Origin: Candidatus Levyibacteriota bacterium
GTDB lineage: Bacteria; Patescibacteriota; Microgenomatia; Levybacterales; UBA12049
Direction of reading: 5' to 3'
DNA: 64,000 bases
Assembly (NCBI GenBank): GCA_016432345.1
Contig: CP066685.1
Coordinates: 48,236 to 112,235 of the forward strand
How positions within the stretch are numbered: position 1 is the first letter of the stretch; the number at the start of each line of letters is the position of its first letter. A program made the translations under genes and the position numbers. This document shows positions 19,583 to 28,743 of this stretch, in pieces. Below the pieces are notes generated by a model. The model saw only the letters and a list, made by a program, of their open reading frames with translations. It did no database searches and was not told where the DNA came from.

Positions 19583-19650
19583 CAGCGTTTAGCGTATAGA
19601 TAATAGCGTATAGTTTAACTAAACGCTAGACGCTAACAAACTAGACGCTG
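19583..19650. repeat. Palindromic heptad-repeat element, copy D (best preserved)
   Basis: CAGCGTT TAGCGTA TAGATAA TAGCGTA TAGTTTAACTAAACG CTAGACG CTAACAA ACTAGACGCTG. Exactly fills the gap between two co-directional genes. Confidence 0.8.
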
Positions 19651-21399
19651 TCATCGTCTTTCTACATTATACAACGGGCCGACAATTTGAATATTTGCAG
19701 GTGCGCGTAAATTAAACCAGTCTTTAAATTCTGATCCGTTAAAACTTGTCGAACCAGCATCTCCAGAAAGATTGATTGTACTTATTTTACCACTGCCAAA
19801 ATCAGGACTTACCGAAACATCAGAAACATTATTATAAGGAGTAATATTTCTTGACAAAAGTTCTTGTTTTACTCTATTTGCATCCCAAACTTCTCCTCCG
19901 TAAGGATGGGGTTTGTCTGTTTGGTATAAATGGTCTTTAGCCGAAGAATCTACCCGTGCCAAGAGAATAATGTTAACAATATCAGCCACTTCATCAGGTT
20001 TTAACCAGGCAGTTTTGTTGTATTGGTTTCTTGATCCCCAGTCGCAGTAAAACCAGGGAGAATTGGCATGCGAAGGACCATCATAAGCATTATTTCTAAG
20101 ATCGTCAAAACTGTTTATGGAATCAGATGTTGTGTCTTTAGCGTTTTTAGTAAAAGAAGTTCCATTCCAGCCAATGTCGCCTGATGATTTTATATAACCT
20201 CCGTGAGTTGAGGAATACCATGCTTTGATAGGATTTCCTCCTTCAATCATCACCCAACCCTTAGTTATCTCAACTGCTTCGTTCCATTTCCCTCCTTTTT
20301 CGTTTGCTAAAAATACTTGGCAACGGTCAGTCGGGCAAATTGTTCCACTTCCATTATTGGTATAGGCTAATGCGTACGAACGGGCAGCGATAGCTTGCGC
20401 TTTTTGCGCTTCAAATCCTCCTTCGTTGCCCCAAGATTCTGGCATCTCTCCTAAATGTTTTAAGTAATCTTCAATCTTAAATGAACCAAAGCCATCGACG
20501 TTGATGGAAATATCTTGGCTGTAATCTTTTTTCAATTCATAATTTGTGTAATATGTTCGTAAAATGTCCTCGGCGTTTTGCCCTGCCCTTGATCTTCCAA
20601 ATGCGCCGTATTGCGAAAGACCGACTCGGTTGGGAACGCCGTAGGTAAAAAAAGCCAGACGGGGAGAAAATCCAGGATCTTTTTCCCTGTCATCAATGCA
20701 GGCAGGGACGCCTGCGCCAGCAGAGCGGGGGATGCCAAGACTTGCTAATCTTTGAGAGATAATATCTTGTTGTTTTGCCGAAAGTTGGGCGATTTGACTG
20801 GATAGTTTTTGTTGATAGGCTTTGGCACCAGACACAACCTCGTCTAATTTTTTACTTTGTTCGTCCAGAGTTGTTTTAAGTTGCGCCAGTCGGGTTTGTT
20901 CGATCTCAAGCGTTTTCTTTTTTTCCTCAAGATCAGAAATTGTAATGGCAATGTTGGTGATAATGGCTTTATCTTGATCTGCGGCGGCTTTTTGGTAGGC
21001 TAAAATCTGGGTGATTTCGGATGCCGATTGGAAAGAAAAAAAAGTAGCAAGCGGCGAATCGTAGTGGCTACGTATGTAATAATCACGAATTGTCCGGTTT
21101 AAAATTTCTTCCTGTTTGGTTAAATCTTTATAACCTTTATCGATATTTTTTCGTTTTTCTGCGACATCTGATTCGATTTCCAAAACTCTGTTTTTGATAT
21201 CATTGATTCTTTTTTGCAGACTGTTGAGTTCGGATTCAAGCGGGCGTGTTGCTTTAATTGACATATTTAATGCAGATGTTAAATCATTAATTTGCTTGTT
21301 GATGTCATCAAGCTCATCAGATAAAATTTTGGGGGCAAAAAGTGTGATAAAAGAAAAGAGAAAGACGAACAAAAACAATAAAAAAATCAACCGCTTCAT
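19651..21399 (-). CDS. SpoIID/LytB-domain protein with N-terminal coiled coil
   Basis: Signal/TM segment, long coiled coil, then KAQAIAARSYALAYT...CPTDRCQVF...WYSSTHGGY, which are SpoIID family motifs. Confidence 0.75.
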   Translation of the reverse strand: MKRLIFLLFLFVFLFSFITLFAPKILSDELDDINKQINDLTSALNMSIKATRPLESELNSLQKRINDIKNRVLEIESDVAEKRKNIDKGYKDLTKQEEILNRTIRDYYIRSHYDSPLATFFSFQSASEITQILAYQKAAADQDKAIITNIAITISDLEEKKKTLEIEQTRLAQLKTTLDEQSKKLDEVVSGAKAYQQKLSSQIAQLSAKQQDIISQRLASLGIPRSAGAGVPACIDDREKDPGFSPRLAFFTYGVPNRVGLSQYGAFGRSRAGQNAEDILRTYYTNYELKKDYSQDISINVDGFGSFKIEDYLKHLGEMPESWGNEGGFEAQKAQAIAARSYALAYTNNGSGTICPTDRCQVFLANEKGGKWNEAVEITKGWVMIEGGNPIKAWYSSTHGGYIKSSGDIGWNGTSFTKNAKDTTSDSINSFDDLRNNAYDGPSHANSPWFYCDWGSRNQYNKTAWLKPDEVADIVNIILLARVDSSAKDHLYQTDKPHPYGGEVWDANRVKQELLSRNITPYNNVSDVSVSPDFGSGKISTINLSGDAGSTSFNGSEFKDWFNLRAPANIQIVGPLYNVERR

Positions 21400-21453
21400 A
21401 CAATAGTTGTATTATAACAAATCTCATGTTATACTCCGCCTAGATTCTAGATT

Positions 21454-21996
21454 ATGGAAGTAAAAAAGCGAAACTGGAAGCGTTTTATTATTTTTTTGCT
21501 TGTTCTTTTACTGATTGGCGGCGGTATTTATTTTGGCGCAGTCAGTTTTTTTAATACACCGGAAGAGAAAAAGGCCGAGTCAATAACTCCAACGCAAGAG
21601 CCAACCCCCACAGAAGAAGTATCTCCTACTCCAGAAGAATCGCCAACACCAGAGATAAGTAAAACCCCAACATCAAAACCAACAGCCAATCCAGTAGACA
21701 AAACAACAGGTTTAGACAGAAGCAAGCTATCTGTTGAGGTACAAAATGGCAGCGGGCAAGCTGGCGTGGCAAACAAAGGATCGGATTTTCTAAAAAGCCT
21801 AGGTTATAAAGTAGCAGGCATTGGCAACGCGGATAATTATAATTATGAAGGCGTTGCAATTTTAGTAAAGTCTGATTTTTCAAAGTACTTATCTCTTCTA
21901 AAAACTGATTTATCTTCTCAGTATACAGTAAGCTCAACCTCTGCTGTTTTATCTGCTTCTTCTTCAGCCGACGCTGTTGTGATTATTGGAAAATAG
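21454..21996 (+). CDS. LytR_C domain protein
   Basis: TM anchor, Pro/Thr/Glu linker, then LSVEVQNGSGQAGVANKGSDFLKSLGYKV, typical of the LytR C-terminal domain. Confidence 0.7.
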   Translation: MEVKKRNWKRFIIFLLVLLLIGGGIYFGAVSFFNTPEEKKAESITPTQEPTPTEEVSPTPEESPTPEISKTPTSKPTANPVDKTTGLDRSKLSVEVQNGSGQAGVANKGSDFLKSLGYKVAGIGNADNYNYEGVAILVKSDFSKYLSLLKTDLSSQYTVSSTSAVLSASSSADAVVIIGK

Positions 21997-22024
21997 CTTT
22001 TCCTTTATGATACGATTGTATCTA

Positions 22025-23035
22025 ATGAAAACATTTGATGTTATTACCATAGGTAATGCGGTTGTTGACCTTTTTTTGGTGATTCACGATGCAAATGCTT
22101 CGATGCGGGTTGATAAGGAATTAAATGAATTATGTGTCAAGGCAGGAGAAAAGATTGAGGTAGACAGATGTGATGTAATGCTTGGAGGCAATGCCGCAAA
22201 TGCTGCGGTTGGGTTGGCAAGAAATGGTTTTATTGTTGGTCTTGCGGCAGAGATTGGCGATGATGAATTTGCCCAAAAAATTGAGCATATCTTGCAACAA
22301 GAAACGGTTGATACGACACTTCTTAAAAAAACAGAAAATGCTGCATCATCCATGACTGTTGGCATTAATTTTCAAAATGAACGAACATTATTTGTAGAGC
22401 ATGTAAAAAGGGAACATCATTTTAATTTTGATAATTTTGATACAAAATGGGTGTATTTAACAAGCTTGGGCAATGAATGGAAGGTTCCGTATGAGCGTGT
22501 TGTTAGGTATGTTAAAAAAACAGGAGCAAGACTGGCATTTAATCCAGGAACTCTGCAGGTACAGGCGAGATATGAAGAAATAAAAAACGCCATGCAGACA
22601 GCAGATATTTTGTTTCTTAATAAAGAAGAAGGTGCTAAAATTTTCAATTTTCAATTTTCAATTTTCAATGAAAACGGAAAAGAAGCAATAAAAAACCTTC
22701 TTAAAAAACTTCAGCAGGCGGGGCCGAAAGTAGTGGTGATTACCGATGGGGAAAATGGTTCTTATGCCATTGATGAGGAGGGGAAGATATGGTTTCTAGA
22801 TGTGTTTCCAGCCACGGTTGTTGAAAAAACCGGAGCAGGAGATGCTTTTGCCTCGGGTTTTATGTCGGCTATTTTAGCAGGAGAATCAGTACAGCAAGCA
22901 ATGTGCTGGGGTGCGGCTAATTCGGCAGCGGTTATCGAGCGCATTGGAGCGCAGCAAGGACTTCTTTCCAGAGAGAAAATAGAAGAAAAGCTTAAGAAAG
23001 CAGATTATTTAGCAAGATATTGCCAGACTGGATAG
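22025..23035 (+). CDS. PfkB-family carbohydrate kinase
   Basis: ITIGNAVVDLF at the N-terminus and the TGAGDAFASGF anion-hole motif. ATG at 22025 is preferred over the track start at 21986. Confidence 0.8.
   Translation: MKTFDVITIGNAVVDLFLVIHDANASMRVDKELNELCVKAGEKIEVDRCDVMLGGNAANAAVGLARNGFIVGLAAEIGDDEFAQKIEHILQQETVDTTLLKKTENAASSMTVGINFQNERTLFVEHVKREHHFNFDNFDTKWVYLTSLGNEWKVPYERVVRYVKKTGARLAFNPGTLQVQARYEEIKNAMQTADILFLNKEEGAKIFNFQFSIFNENGKEAIKNLLKKLQQAGPKVVVITDGENGSYAIDEEGKIWFLDVFPATVVEKTGAGDAFASGFMSAILAGESVQQAMCWGAANSAAVIERIGAQQGLLSREKIEEKLKKADYLARYCQTG
22639..22669 (+). repeat. Tandem heptanucleotide repeat (TTTTCAA)x4 inside the pfkB-family CDS
   Basis: Period-7 tract of 31 bp read directly from the sequence. 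Encodes KIFNFQFSIFNEN. Confidence 0.9.
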
Positions 23036-24186
23036 CTGGATTTGCCATCTGAATTTACCAGCTGGATGCCATAGGTTTTACCTCCTGCAAGATAAGCAGG
23101 GAGGACTCCATAAATCCAGTTGTTTGACCAGGTATAAATAATACTGGCCTGGGTAAAAGGATAGGACGAACTCATGTTGTACAAATTAATTTTGCCTTTG
23201 CCGCCAAAGTTTTGTCCTTTAATAATAAAATATCTTCCCATAGTTGTTGGAGTAATGGACAAAGAAGAAATGCTTGGGTTAGGCATGGTTACAGTAACAG
23301 AAGTTTTGTAAATATTGTTTGCTTCGTTGTTTTCCTTGACTAAATTGAAGCTATCGGCTTTAACGATTACCCGCTTTGTTCCTGCCTGCTTGTAGATAGC
23401 GCAATATCTTAATTTGACTGTTACGCTCTGGCCTGCTTTGACCTCGTTAACAGAGGTTGTACAAGTTCTTAATCCCTGGACATCGACGCTTATATAAATT
23501 TTGTTGTCCCAGACGGGGTTATTAACCCTGGCATCAGCATTGCCGATGTTTTTAATGGTGATGTTGAAGTCGTTTGTTAAGCCGACAGCCGGCGGGGTAT
23601 TGATATTGGCAGGCATAACTTGGGTAACAATAAGGTCAGGTTTGGCAACAGGAGATGGGGTTGCAGAGGGGGTGGAAGTTGGAGTAGGCAACACTATTAT
23701 ACCAGTATCTGTTAAAGTAATTGTGTACTGGACTGTTGGTCCGTCATGCCAACTACTATACTGGTAGTATTGAATTATAGCTGATCCTGTATAGATACCG
23801 TTTGGTTTGTTGGTATTAATATAGGTTCTAATTGTGGCTGAAGAACCAGAATTGATTCCTCCTGAGGACTCATAGAAACCCTGGCCCTGGGTGGGCTGAT
23901 TGTATTTAATCTGCCATCCTGTTGCCCCGCTGCTGGTGATAGTAAACCCCGGGCCGTATATTAAACCGTCCTGAGCGTTAACTCTGGCTAAATTAACATT
24001 TACAGAATTAGTGTCAACTGAAATGCCGGAAGTTGGTATTGGAAGCGGAATACTAATTGGAGAAGAGACAGGAGGATTATCTGTGGCATAAACAGCAAAA
24101 CTAAGCGGCATTATAATTGCTTCAAATAAAGCAGATAAAACAACCATTATGACCAAAAAGATAGACTTTTTTGAGGCTATTTTCAT
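23005..24186 (-). CDS. Secreted CARDB/IPT-domain protein
   Basis: Signal-like MKIASKKSIFLVIMVVLSAL. KPDLIVTQV...FNITIKNIGNADA resembles the CARDB domain. ATG at 24186 is preferred. Confidence 0.55.
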   Translation of the reverse strand: MKIASKKSIFLVIMVVLSALFEAIIMPLSFAVYATDNPPVSSPISIPLPIPTSGISVDTNSVNVNLARVNAQDGLIYGPGFTITSSGATGWQIKYNQPTQGQGFYESSGGINSGSSATIRTYINTNKPNGIYTGSAIIQYYQYSSWHDGPTVQYTITLTDTGIIVLPTPTSTPSATPSPVAKPDLIVTQVMPANINTPPAVGLTNDFNITIKNIGNADARVNNPVWDNKIYISVDVQGLRTCTTSVNEVKAGQSVTVKLRYCAIYKQAGTKRVIVKADSFNLVKENNEANNIYKTSVTVTMPNPSISSLSITPTTMGRYFIIKGQNFGGKGKINLYNMSSSYPFTQASIIYTWSNNWIYGVLPAYLAGGKTYGIQLVNSDGKSSYPVWQYLAK

Positions 24187-24334
24187 AGATAACGATAGAT
24201 AATAACATAAAAAAATCTTCTTGTCAAGTACTATGGGGTTGGGTCTCTTTTTCGCGGATTGACGTTGTTTATTGATACTTGTTATACTTAGCAAAAGAGA
24301 AGGAAATTAAATGTAAGAGGTTGATAAGAAAAAG

Positions 24335-24793
24335 ATGCTAATAAAAATCTATCTTGCTACCGACCATGCCGGTTTTACACTTAAAGAAAAAGTCAAAGAG
24401 TTTCTGCAGACAGAGGGATGCGAAGTAATAGATTGCGGGGCATATGCGTACGACAAAAATGATGATTACCCAGATTTTATTGTAAAAGCGGCAAGTGAAG
24501 TTTCTAAAGATCCAAAAAATAATCGAGGAGTAGTTTTTGGCGGCTCTGGCCAGGGAGAAGCAATGGTTGCGAATAAATATAAAAATGTGAGGGCTGTTGT
24601 GTATTATGGCGGAGAAACAAAGATTATTTCTCTTTCTCGAGAGCATAATAACGCCAATGTGCTTTCGATTGGCGCGCGGTTTGTTGATGAAAAAGAAGTG
24701 TTAGAAGTGGTAAAGCAGTGGCTAGAAACACCATTTTCCAACGAAGAAAGACACATGAGAAGGATTGAAAAGATAAATAAAATAGAATGTTAG
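24335..24793 (+). CDS. rpiB: Ribose-5-phosphate isomerase B
   Basis: IYLATDHAGFTLKEKVKEFL..., GVVFGGSGQGEAMVANK and NANVLSIGARF are RpiB/LacAB family motifs. Confidence 0.9.
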   Translation: MLIKIYLATDHAGFTLKEKVKEFLQTEGCEVIDCGAYAYDKNDDYPDFIVKAASEVSKDPKNNRGVVFGGSGQGEAMVANKYKNVRAVVYYGGETKIISLSREHNNANVLSIGARFVDEKEVLEVVKQWLETPFSNEERHMRRIEKINKIEC

Positions 24794-25428
24794 AAATTAT
24801 TCCTGGTATTTTAGAAAAAACTTGGGAAGAAGCGGAGAAGAAGATAGAAATGCTTTCTCCGTTTGCAAAAGTAATGCATATTGATCTGCTTGATGGTAAG
24901 TTTGCTCCTAATACCACATTTTTAGATCCAAAACCATTTAAAAAATATTCCAAAGACATTTTTTTTGAACTTCACATGATGGTCGAGGAGCCGGTGCAAT
25001 ATCTTAAGCCATTTGCCGACGCTGGATTTAGAAGATTTTTAGGACATGTGGAAAAAATGTCTGACCAGGCAGAATTTGTAGCACAAGGACAATTATTAGG
25101 AGAGGTGGGTTTGGCAATTGATGGAAAAACCACAATTGATGATATAAAAGTGCCATATGATGATTTGGATTGTTTGTTAGTAATGACTATCAATGCCGGA
25201 TTTTCCGGACAACAATTTATGCCAAAACATTTGGAGAAGGTAAAAGCTCTGCGGTCAAAAATCCAAAATCAGTTTTTTCCCATAGAGGTTGACGGGGGCG
25301 TAAACGACCTGACAATTGTCCAGGCAAAAAATGCAGGGGCAAACAGGTTTGTCGCCACCAGTTTTCTGTTTGGTCAAGAAAATCCCCAAAAACAATTTCA
25401 GGCTTTATCTCACCGTATTGCTGTATAA
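24787..25428 (+). CDS. rpe: Ribulose-phosphate 3-epimerase family protein
   Basis: MHIDLLDGKFAPNTTF, ELHMMVEEP and IEVDGGVN are Rpe TIM-barrel motifs. Overlaps rpiB by 7 nt. Confidence 0.8.
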   Translation: MLEIIPGILEKTWEEAEKKIEMLSPFAKVMHIDLLDGKFAPNTTFLDPKPFKKYSKDIFFELHMMVEEPVQYLKPFADAGFRRFLGHVEKMSDQAEFVAQGQLLGEVGLAIDGKTTIDDIKVPYDDLDCLLVMTINAGFSGQQFMPKHLEKVKALRSKIQNQFFPIEVDGGVNDLTIVQAKNAGANRFVATSFLFGQENPQKQFQALSHRIAV

Positions 25429-25430
25429 GA

Positions 25431-27575
25431 TTATTGGTTTGGAGAGAGCAAAGCGCTGGGGGTGGCGGAATAACGGTAGTTACAGTTGACTGTATTTTCT
25501 GTACCTCTAACAAAGTATTCGATTCGGCCAAGGCAGGGTTTGGTGATAATTCTTGTGGGTAGAATTGGTTTGTTATCTGCCTTTCCTTCAAGGAGTGTAA
25601 CCATAATTTTGTGCCAAATCGGCGCAGCGCCGGTGATACCCGAAGCTAGTTGTTGGCTCATTGGCGAATTGTCGTTATTGCCTACCCAAACTCCGGCAAG
25701 TCGGTCTTTGGTATATCCAAATGTCCAATTGTCTCGTTTGTTATCAGTGGTGCCGGTTTTGACAGATACAGTATATCCAGGAATGTTAAGAGGAGAATTA
25801 GTGCCAAATTCTATTGATCTAGCGTTATTGTCGGCTAAAATATTGGAGAGTACAAATGTAATGTTTTCATCTAGGACCCGCAGTCCCATATTGCCATTTT
25901 TTTCTTCAAGAATGTTGTCTTTGCTGTCGGTAATTTTAAGAACAGGATTTACATCAACCCGTATACCACCATTTGCTAAAACTCCATAGACAGTGGTCAT
26001 ATCTAGCATAGTAACTTCGGCTGCCCCTAGCGTTATAGATAATCCATAATTTTTGGGATCTCCCCAGGTAGTTATGCCCATTTTTTTGCCCATGTCGACA
26101 AATGCCGGTATGCCAATATAGTTAAGGGTCCGAACTGCTGTAATGTTGAAAGAATTTGCTAAAGCAATCCGTAAAGACGGCCTGCCATGAAACTTCCCAT
26201 CGTAATTGACCGGAGAGTAGGAGGGGGCGCCGGGACTGGTGTAGGTAACGGGTGAGTCATCAAGAATAGTTGCTGCCGTGTACCCTTTTTTTAGGGCTGC
26301 TGCGTAGGTAATAACTTTTATGGAAGATCCCGGTTGGCGAGGAGATGTTGTTACATTAACATTTCCATCTTTTTCGTCTTCAAAATTACGGCTTCCCACC
26401 ATGGCTAAGACATCGCCATTTTGAGGATTTGTAACCATGGCCGCGCCATTGGAAAGATTAAGATGCGCATTTTTTGCCACCTCATCGGCCACAATTTTTT
26501 GCGCTTTTTCTTGTAAAGGTAGATCAAGGCTTGTGATTACAGTTAATCCTCCATGTTCAACAAAGGGGAGACCATATTTTTTAATAAGCAGGTCTTTGAC
26601 GTACATTACAAAATGAGGAGCATAGAGCGGCATTTGTGGATGTTTAAAAAATAGTTCTTCTTCGATTGCTTTACTTGCTTCTTCTTGTGTAATATACCCA
26701 AGCTCTTTCATGCGATTGATAACTTCAAGTTGTCGTTTTTTCCATAAGTTTGGGTTTTGTCCAAAAGGGGAATAAATACTTGGCGCCCGAGGGATGCCTG
26801 CTAAAAATGAACTTTCGGCAAGGTTTAAATCTTTAACATGTTTGCCAAAGTAATTTTCTGCCGCTGCCTCAGCACCCCAGGCGGTTCCACCGTAGGGAAC
26901 TTGATTAAAATACATTTCTAAAATTTGAGCTTTGCTAAACATCCGTTCTGCCCAGAAAGCCAAAATAATCTCTTTTAATTTACGAGTTAAGCTTGTTTCA
27001 GGAGTAAGAAGCGCTGATTTAATAAGCTGTTGGGTAATAGTTGATCCTCCCTGGAGTTCTTTCCCGGAAAAATTGGCGACAATGGAGCGGATGATTGCCG
27101 AGATATCAAATCCAAGATGCTTGTAAAAGTCTTTATCTTCAATGGCAATGGTTGCTTCCTGCAATTGTTTTGGAATATCAGCAAGTGAAACAACAGTTCT
27201 ATTTTGATCTGCATATATTTGGTAAAGAAGAGTGTTATTTCTGTCGTAGATTTTGGTGGTTTGTGGTATTTGTCCTAAAACTAATGTTTTGGGACTGGGG
27301 AGGTCTTGGATAAAAATAAGTATAAGAAGAGGCGCGAATATAAAAAAGAAAGAAAAAATAATTCCTAAGGAAAAATATTTAAATTTAAAAAAAAACGGAA
27401 ATGGGAATATAGTAATTTGTTTTGTCTTTTTTTCCTTCTTTTTGGGGATAGTGCCACTACCAAGAAGTATAAAATTGCAAAGCATAAAAATTTTCTGGGC
27501 AAAAAAAATAACACCATCTCCAACAGCAATGAAAAAAAGAAGAATAAAGACAATAAGTGTCCGTATAGAAGTCAT
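25431..27575 (-). CDS. Class A penicillin-binding protein (PBP1A family)
   Basis: Glycosyltransferase motifs EDKDFYKHLGFD and GGSTITQQL. Transpeptidase motifs SSIK and KTGTT. Confidence 0.9.
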   Translation of the reverse strand: MTSIRTLIVFILLFFIAVGDGVIFFAQKIFMLCNFILLGSGTIPKKKEKKTKQITIFPFPFFFKFKYFSLGIIFSFFFIFAPLLILIFIQDLPSPKTLVLGQIPQTTKIYDRNNTLLYQIYADQNRTVVSLADIPKQLQEATIAIEDKDFYKHLGFDISAIIRSIVANFSGKELQGGSTITQQLIKSALLTPETSLTRKLKEIILAFWAERMFSKAQILEMYFNQVPYGGTAWGAEAAAENYFGKHVKDLNLAESSFLAGIPRAPSIYSPFGQNPNLWKKRQLEVINRMKELGYITQEEASKAIEEELFFKHPQMPLYAPHFVMYVKDLLIKKYGLPFVEHGGLTVITSLDLPLQEKAQKIVADEVAKNAHLNLSNGAAMVTNPQNGDVLAMVGSRNFEDEKDGNVNVTTSPRQPGSSIKVITYAAALKKGYTAATILDDSPVTYTSPGAPSYSPVNYDGKFHGRPSLRIALANSFNITAVRTLNYIGIPAFVDMGKKMGITTWGDPKNYGLSITLGAAEVTMLDMTTVYGVLANGGIRVDVNPVLKITDSKDNILEEKNGNMGLRVLDENITFVLSNILADNNARSIEFGTNSPLNIPGYTVSVKTGTTDNKRDNWTFGYTKDRLAGVWVGNNDNSPMSQQLASGITGAAPIWHKIMVTLLEGKADNKPILPTRIITKPCLGRIEYFVRGTENTVNCNYRYSATPSALLSPNQ

Positions 27576-27625
27576 AAGGGTTTGGGAATTATACTATGAG
27601 ACCAGAATAAAAAAAAGAGGGAAGA

Positions 27626-27949
27626 TTATAGTTGTTGTATATCTGCTTGGATATCTTGGACGTCTGTGTCGGGATTTTCTACATTTATTTGTCCCAGTTC
27701 TTCTTCTGGTGTTTGAACAATTGTTGGAGAAGGCTTTGTAATTGTTGGCTGTTGGATTACTGGTTTAGTCGTGGGAAGCGTTGATGTAGTGGCGGTTCTA
27801 TTTGCAGCAATATATATTGTTCCTGCTCCTAAAAATATAATAAGAAGCATAATTAAAAAGAGTATAAGTCCTTTTCGGCTTCTACCATTTGTTGTTTCAA
27901 CCACAGGTTGTTGAACTGGTTGAGTAAGTTCTGTTTGATTTGAATCCAT
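27626..27949 (-). CDS. Hypothetical single-pass membrane protein
   Basis: TM segment LILFLIMLLIIFLGAGTIYIA. The start is trimmed to MDSNQTEL to avoid overlapping the upstream gene. Confidence 0.4.
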   Translation of the reverse strand: MDSNQTELTQPVQQPVVETTNGRSRKGLILFLIMLLIIFLGAGTIYIAANRTATTSTLPTTKPVIQQPTITKPSPTIVQTPEEELGQINVENPDTDVQDIQADIQQL

Positions 27950-27950
27950 A

Positions 27951-28712
27951 TTATTCTTGTATTGTCGAGTTTGTACTGACTGTTGGTTTTTCAACTTTTG
28001 TTATTTTTGCAAGCTCGGCGGCTGCTTTTTGGACAGCCTGTTTGGCATCAACAACTGTTTTATGGGCTATTTGTAAATCTGCTTGTAACTGAGAGGTTGT
28101 TTTTCCAACAGCGCTTTTTAGGGCTTGTTCTGTAGTAATTGTTATGACATATTCTTTACCAGCTTGGGTGGCCACAATGCTTTTGGCGCTTGTGATGCTG
28201 CTTTGCGCTGTTATTATAGCCGCATCTAAGATTGCTGTATTTTTTTCATTTGCTTTTGCTGTATTTGCTTGTTCGGTAATTTTTGTCAGAATAGAGGAGA
28301 GTTTCTCCAGGTTAGCTGTCATAGCATCTATCCGATTGGTATTAACCGCGGAAAGCTTATTATCAATACGTTCTAGTACAACTTTTTTTCTTTCATCTTT
28401 AATTTGGGCTATCTTAAGTTTAAGAGTTTCCCTTTTGGCTTTAAATAATTCTTTTGCTTCTTCTCTTTTTTGCATGATTGTTTCTCGAAGCTCTTTTTTT
28501 TGCTCCAAAATTGCCGCCCGTGTTGCTTGGCGGGTTTCGCGTATTGCAGTCATGCGTTCTTGGGTTTGTTTTTTAATTTCAAGTTGTTTTTCAAGTGCAT
28601 TTTGCCGCTTTTCTTTTTGCGCGGCGCTTTCTGTTTGAGCAATAGTAGAAGGTACAAAAATAAAAGAAAGAAAAACTATTGCAGAAAAAACAATCAGCCG
28701 TTTTTGGTGCAT
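27951..28712 (-). CDS. Secreted coiled-coil protein
   Basis: Signal peptide (IVFSAIVFLSFIFVPSTIAQ) followed by a long Lys/Glu/Ala-rich helical region. Confidence 0.45.
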   Translation of the reverse strand: MHQKRLIVFSAIVFLSFIFVPSTIAQTESAAQKEKRQNALEKQLEIKKQTQERMTAIRETRQATRAAILEQKKELRETIMQKREEAKELFKAKRETLKLKIAQIKDERKKVVLERIDNKLSAVNTNRIDAMTANLEKLSSILTKITEQANTAKANEKNTAILDAAIITAQSSITSAKSIVATQAGKEYVITITTEQALKSAVGKTTSQLQADLQIAHKTVVDAKQAVQKAAAELAKITKVEKPTVSTNSTIQE

Positions 28713-28743
28713 ATAATAACCTTAGTATATTTTTTTCTCTCTG

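Noticed and set aside
21590-21680. Pro/Thr/Glu-rich periodic region as a DNA repeat element
   Set aside because: It is a low-complexity linker within the LytR_C protein (TPTQEPTPTEEVSPTPEESPTPE), not a nucleotide-level tandem repeat family.
25486-25989. Long ORFs antisense to large genes, such as 25486-25989, 28144-28638, 51119-51736, 53677-54060 and 13890-14285
   Set aside because: These are shadow ORFs opposite well-supported genes with strong family motifs, and their translations have biased, repetitive composition.
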